A stretch of DNA of 62,328 nucleotides, filler included, from Choristocarpus tenellus KU-1152 (Eukaryota > Protista > Phaeophyceae): assembly GCA_964200185.2 (NCBI GenBank). It is 11 parts of 11 records of this genome, joined end to end, with 100 filler letters (N's around TTAATTAATTAA, not from the genome) between each part and the next. Parts side by side here need not be neighbours in the genome. Positions count along the whole stretch, not along the records: positions 57,162 to 62,328 come from CAXNAD020011641.1; 10 more parts are not named here. The stretch is one strand, 5' to 3'. Position 1 is the first letter of the stretch. Every line of letters starts with the position of its first letter. Of the stretch, positions 61,732 through 62,328 are shown one piece after another. The translations under genes and the position numbers were made by a program. The notes under the pieces were generated by a model. That model had not been told where the DNA came from, did no database searches, and worked only from the letters and a program-made list of their open reading frames with translations.

Positions 61732-62328
61732 TGTTGGCTAAGCGGAACAAGTGTCATTGATTTGTTGTAGTGTGCTTACAGTAATAAGTTCGAAACTCAG
61801 ATGATTGATTTCTTATTACTTGATATAAATGGATTGATAAAGGATTACTGACATAGTATTAGCTAGCTACGCAGGATAAGTGACATAGTACGATGTAACA
61901 ACGGCAGGACACGTTTTGATGTGTCAGCTGATGTGTCAGCTGACATATGCAATAAACAATAAGATAATAAGAGAGAGCACCCCCTACCACCAAGGGTTGT
62001 GCTCACTCCGCTAATAAACATATCCATACCAACCCAAAGCAGTCTTTCCAAGTTCAGCAAAGGGGATCGTGTGAGGCTTCACACCTTCTTGTCTTCACGA
62101 CTGACTAATAGCATTACCTCCCAAGGTAAATTGGACAGGTTATGAGCCTTAGTAGTATGGAGAAAAGGAACAGGTGAGGGGGGCATCAACGACATCAAGA
62201 AGTTGCCCAACTGGACTGGAGCTGGAGCACCAGCACGACCAGTGGAGACTTGGACAGCACGGAGATTATCTGTGGTGGTTTATGCCGGCGAAAGGGTCTG
62301 TAAGACATTCTGCGGCGAAATTACGCCG
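61732..62328 (+). mobile_element. 5' end of a Ty1/Copia element: LTR (about 61732-62137), PBS, gag start at 62157
   Basis: ...GGACA|GGTTATGAGCC resembles the half-tRNA-iMet PBS of many Copia elements, followed by ATG; the LTR start is tentative. Confidence 0.65.

Noticed and set aside
1-62328. Endogenous giant virus or prokaryotic origin
   Set aside because: Low coding density, spliceosomal introns and eukaryotic TEs; no viral hallmark genes recognised.

Overview
This is not a contiguous locus. It is 11 short contigs joined by artificial 100-nt N-TTAATTAATTAA-N spacers (contigs 1-4414, 4515-10985, 11086-22518, 22619-27353, 27454-32955, 33056-35876, 35977-38994, 39095-42761, 42862-49302, 49403-57061, 57162-62328). 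The DNA is eukaryotic and repeat-rich, with GT-AG introns, interstitial TTAGGG tracts and a stramenopile-type ankyrin gene. A brown alga or related ochrophyte is my inference. Most of it is nested, decayed transposons: a chromodomain Ty3/Gypsy in two copies, Ty1/Copia, CRE-like RLE and RTE LINEs, DD39D-type mariner, and probable hAT, Harbinger and piggyBac relics. Two apparently intact host genes can be reconstructed: an ankyrin-repeat protein and a 66-aa-repeat FGGLF protein ending in a PAH-like domain. The dominant young feature is a clan of short non-autonomous DNA transposons (my families A, B, C) that share the TIR core G-4N-AAAGTATC, make 3- or 4-bp TSDs, nest in each other and lie at most contig breaks. 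Their TIRs place a GT inside one end and an AG inside the other, an introner-like geometry. A larger element with a related GGCTCAA terminus and long subterminal repeats adjoins a ParB-like gene, and a second ParB-like pseudogene lies on another contig. No rRNA, tRNA or CRISPR array was seen.
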